A DNA stretch of 64,000 nt from Octopus sinensis (Eukaryota). Below the pieces are notes generated by a model. The model was not told the DNA's origin. It searched no databases and worked only from the letters and a program-made list of their open reading frames with translations. Position 1 is the first letter of the stretch. Every line of letters begins with the position of its first letter. The stretch spans positions 23,498,001 to 23,562,000 of the forward strand of contig NC_042997.1 in the NCBI RefSeq assembly GCF_006345805.1. Direction: 5' to 3'. Position numbers and translations under genes: made by a program. Shown here piece by piece: positions 63,401 to 64,000 of the stretch.

Positions 63401-63415
63401 TCCCCCTTTTTTTCT
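37400..63415 (-). CDS. DNA2: DNA replication helicase/nuclease DNA2, partial spliced gene model (C-terminal SF1 helicase half; 16 exons, 1765 coding nt in window; 5' exons lie beyond the window)
   Basis: Exons joined by splice signals keep one continuous frame. They give SF1B helicase motifs GYPGTGKT (Walker A), [56 protein letters not shown] and [11 protein letters not shown], in the order and context known for DNA2. Confidence 0.95.
37436..39066 (-). other. U12-type (minor spliceosome) AT-AC intron, last intron of DNA2
   Basis: 5' splice site ATATCCTTT (39066-39058); branch site TTCTTTAAC (37453-37445) about 10 nt upstream of the terminal AC (37437-37436); splicing joins RQL to IINLPS in frame. 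Confidence 0.88.
38516..38885 (-). mobile_element. RTE-type LINE 3' UTR copy inserted inside the U12 intron of DNA2
   Basis: Tail plus three hairpin units. Confidence 0.85.
39067..39213 (-). CDS. DNA2: DNA2 penultimate exon ([49 protein letters not shown])
   Basis: tttttag acceptor; motif VI; ends at the non-canonical U12 donor ATATCCTTT; 147 nt phase 0-0. Confidence 0.92.
40327..40536 (-). CDS. DNA2: DNA2 exon ([18 protein letters not shown]...[34 protein letters not shown])
   Basis: tttcag acceptor, gtaagt donor, 210 nt phase 0-0; motifs IV and V. Confidence 0.95.
40870..41050 (-). mobile_element. Old RTE RT fragment
   Basis: Similar to 11730-11920 (taaactgcatc...cctgatcca...tcacctttac). 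Confidence 0.6.
41138..41230 (-). CDS. DNA2: DNA2 exon ([31 protein letters not shown])
   Basis: attccag acceptor, gtaagt donor, 93 nt phase 0-0; NxxEA motif. Confidence 0.92.
42454..42731 (+). mobile_element. tRNA-derived SINE (third family), flanked by (TA)n
   Basis: ggaggtgcaatggcgcag A-box-like head, gtttcgattccc B-box-like element, CpG-rich body. Confidence 0.65.
43059..43139 (-). CDS. DNA2: DNA2 exon ([27 protein letters not shown])
   Basis: ttttaacag acceptor, gtattt donor, 81 nt phase 0-0; W...FLNT pattern. Confidence 0.85.
43808..44030 (-). mobile_element. SINE-like repeat; related copies near 13230, 22150, 29280, 30393, 44810 and 55950
   Basis: Shared head ggcgagctgg(c/g)agaaacgttagcatg and cctttcggggttgataaattaagtaccagt core across copies. 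Confidence 0.7.
44170..44470 (+). mobile_element. Degenerate tRNA-derived SINE
   Basis: gtggcttagtgattagg head; ttgagcaagacactttatttcac...cactcagctg domain shared with 5726-6066. Confidence 0.7.
44530..44803 (+). mobile_element. RTE-type LINE 3' end fragment
   Basis: Hairpin units and (ATG)n tail. Confidence 0.8.
46894..46999 (-). CDS. DNA2: DNA2 exon ([35 protein letters not shown])
   Basis: cattgcag acceptor, gtatgt donor, 106 nt phase 2-0. Confidence 0.92.
48082..48168 (-). CDS. DNA2: DNA2 exon ([28 protein letters not shown])
   Basis: ttttcag acceptor, gtaatg donor, 87 nt phase 2-2. Confidence 0.95.
48444..48654. mobile_element. piggyBac-like MITE, second copy
   Basis: TTAA-ccctt ... 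aaggg-TTAA; body matches 31470-31689. Confidence 0.8.
49583..49782 (-). CDS. DNA2: DNA2 exon ([66 protein letters not shown])
   Basis: ccccag acceptor, gtaaat donor, 200 nt phase 0-2; motifs II and III. Confidence 0.95.
49904..50172 (-). mobile_element. RTE-type LINE 3' UTR copy
   Basis: Tail plus two units. Confidence 0.85.
50360..50560. mobile_element. hAT-like MITE
   Basis: TIRs cagtgcttttcaa / ttgaaaaccactg; imperfect 8 bp flanks ccctacat / cattacat. Confidence 0.7.
51041..51169 (-). CDS. DNA2: DNA2 exon ([43 protein letters not shown])
   Basis: tttttag acceptor, gtagg donor, 129 nt phase 0-0. Confidence 0.92.
52480..53765 (-). mobile_element. Degenerate Tc1-family transposon with TIRs and TA target duplications
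   Basis: TIRs caggggttggacaaaataatggaaaca / tgtttgcattattttgtccaacccctg; transposase remnants FQRGQIVGA...[30 protein letters not shown]. Confidence 0.92.
52506..52643 (+). mobile_element. RTE tail fragment with 5' inversion, nested in the Tc1 element
   Basis: atctggcagtgtttc (52506-52520) is the inverted copy of gaaacactgccagat (52532-52546); (ATG)n tail ends at about 52643. Confidence 0.8.
54639..54754 (-). CDS. DNA2: DNA2 exon ([39 protein letters not shown])
   Basis: tttcag acceptor, gtatgt donor, 116 nt phase 1-0; motifs I and Ia. Confidence 0.95.
54857..54905 (-). CDS. DNA2: DNA2 exon ([16 protein letters not shown]; Walker A, first part)
   Basis: ttctag acceptor, gtaagt donor, 49 nt phase 0-1. 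Confidence 0.92.
56195..56247 (-). CDS. DNA2: DNA2 exon ([18 protein letters not shown]; Q-motif region)
   Basis: tttcag acceptor, gtgaat donor, 53 nt phase 1-0; LNxxQ motif. Confidence 0.9.
56580..57011 (+). mobile_element. Helentron/DINE-1-like non-autonomous element, deleted form
   Basis: actagcagcat...ccggcgttgcccggg start; acagacacacagacagacaaactgccgtttatatatagag end; shares both ends with 58719-59552. Confidence 0.7.
57609..57850 (-). mobile_element. RTE-type LINE 3' UTR copy
   Basis: Tail plus two units. Confidence 0.85.
58333..58412 (-). CDS. DNA2: DNA2 exon ([26 protein letters not shown])
   Basis: ttttcag acceptor, gtaaga donor, 80 nt phase 2-1; LRxLIID motif. Confidence 0.9.
58719..59552 (+). 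mobile_element. Helentron/DINE-1-like non-autonomous element, longer form
   Basis: 5' actagc plus GC hairpin gcccggcgttgcccgggt; 3' acag microsatellite and tttatatatagag; no TIR or TSD. Confidence 0.7.
59749..59871 (-). CDS. DNA2: DNA2 exon ([40 protein letters not shown])
   Basis: attccag acceptor, gtaaag donor, 123 nt phase 2-2, open frame. Confidence 0.85.
59995..60501 (+). mobile_element. Helentron/DINE-1-like element, different subfamily
   Basis: actagcagtatcgcccggcattgctcgggt start; acagacactcacacaactacagttttatatatatagat end; interior unrelated to the other two. Confidence 0.65.
62147..62660. mobile_element. pogo/Tigger-like MITE
   Basis: Imperfect TIRs ccgtaaatcttcgagtacagttcgc / gcggattatactctaggatttacag followed by TA. 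Confidence 0.6.
62826..62975 (-). CDS. DNA2: DNA2 exon ([49 protein letters not shown])
   Basis: ttttccag acceptor, gtatg donor, 150 nt phase 2-2. Confidence 0.85.
63311..63415 (-). CDS. DNA2: DNA2 exon ([34 protein letters not shown])
   Basis: tttcag acceptor, gtaaga donor, 105 nt phase 2-2; resembles the vertebrate EKSGSCIGNL segment as recalled. Confidence 0.8.
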
Positions 63416-63539
63416 CTGAAATACATAAAGAAATAACATTACATAACCAAATCACTTCTGGCTATTATATAAAACTTATGTTCATGCTTAAGCTAAACCC
63501 CATCATAATTTTATGTTAGGTCACTTTTTTGTTGTTGTT

Positions 63540-63576
<37 letters not shown>

Positions 63577-63619
63577 TGCTCAGGTGCACAACAACTCATC
63601 AGACAAGAGGCAGTACATA

Positions 63620-63900
63620 GAAAAATGCACAGAAAGCAAACAACGAATGAGTCATTAAAAAAATAAGTACAGTGGGGAGATCAGGTGTACTGATAGCAAA
63701 TTTCAGGAAGCATGAAAGATTTGAAGAATGCTGTGTCCCAACAACTAACGACTGATGAGAGTAGTTTATCCCATGCTTCAGCAATTCTGAATGTGAAAAA
63801 ATGTTTCTGAAAGTCATGGGTGCTGTGCTGTATTTTGATTTTGTAAGAATGTCCACAAGTGTTAGACATATGGGATTCAAAAGGGTGCTCAAAGTTGTTA
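63620..63900 (-). mobile_element. Degenerate CR1/L2-like LINE 3' ORF remnant
   Basis: GHSYKI...KHFFTFRIAEAWDKLLSSVV...FFKS resembles the CR1-clade RT C-terminal FF..R....WN.LP motif. Confidence 0.55.
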
Positions 63901-64000
63901 GAAAGATGGTGGGTAATCCTTGTGTCTACAAAGTCAGTTGCTAGATGTCAGAGCTGAATGTGACCATGCCCAGGGAAGTAAGACATTCAGAGTATGGTAG

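Overview
AT-rich, repeat-dense eukaryotic genomic DNA. The repeat families suggest a cephalopod, most likely Octopus (inference from recalled repeat families, not a database match). Two convergent protein-coding genes were assembled by hand from splice sites and reading-frame phase. The first is the 3' part of a DNA2 helicase/nuclease gene on the minus strand: 16 exons from 63415 down to 37400, with the 5' end beyond the window. The second is the last three coding exons of a sedoheptulokinase (SHPK) gene on the plus strand (32113-35257); I could not find its 5' exons. The best-supported notable feature is that the last DNA2 intron (37436-39066) is a minor-spliceosome U12-type AT-AC intron, with donor ATATCCTTT, branch site TTCTTTAAC and terminal AC. 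The rest of the window is mobile DNA: many 5'-truncated RTE-type LINE copies whose 3' UTR carries a variable array of hairpin units, tRNA-derived SINEs, Tc1/mariner relics, hAT-, piggyBac- and pogo-like MITEs, Helentron-like elements, two foldback palindromes and microsatellites. Most ORFs in the supplied track are spurious microsatellite or repeat translations. I found no CRISPR array, rRNA or genuine tRNA gene, and no clearly new biological system.
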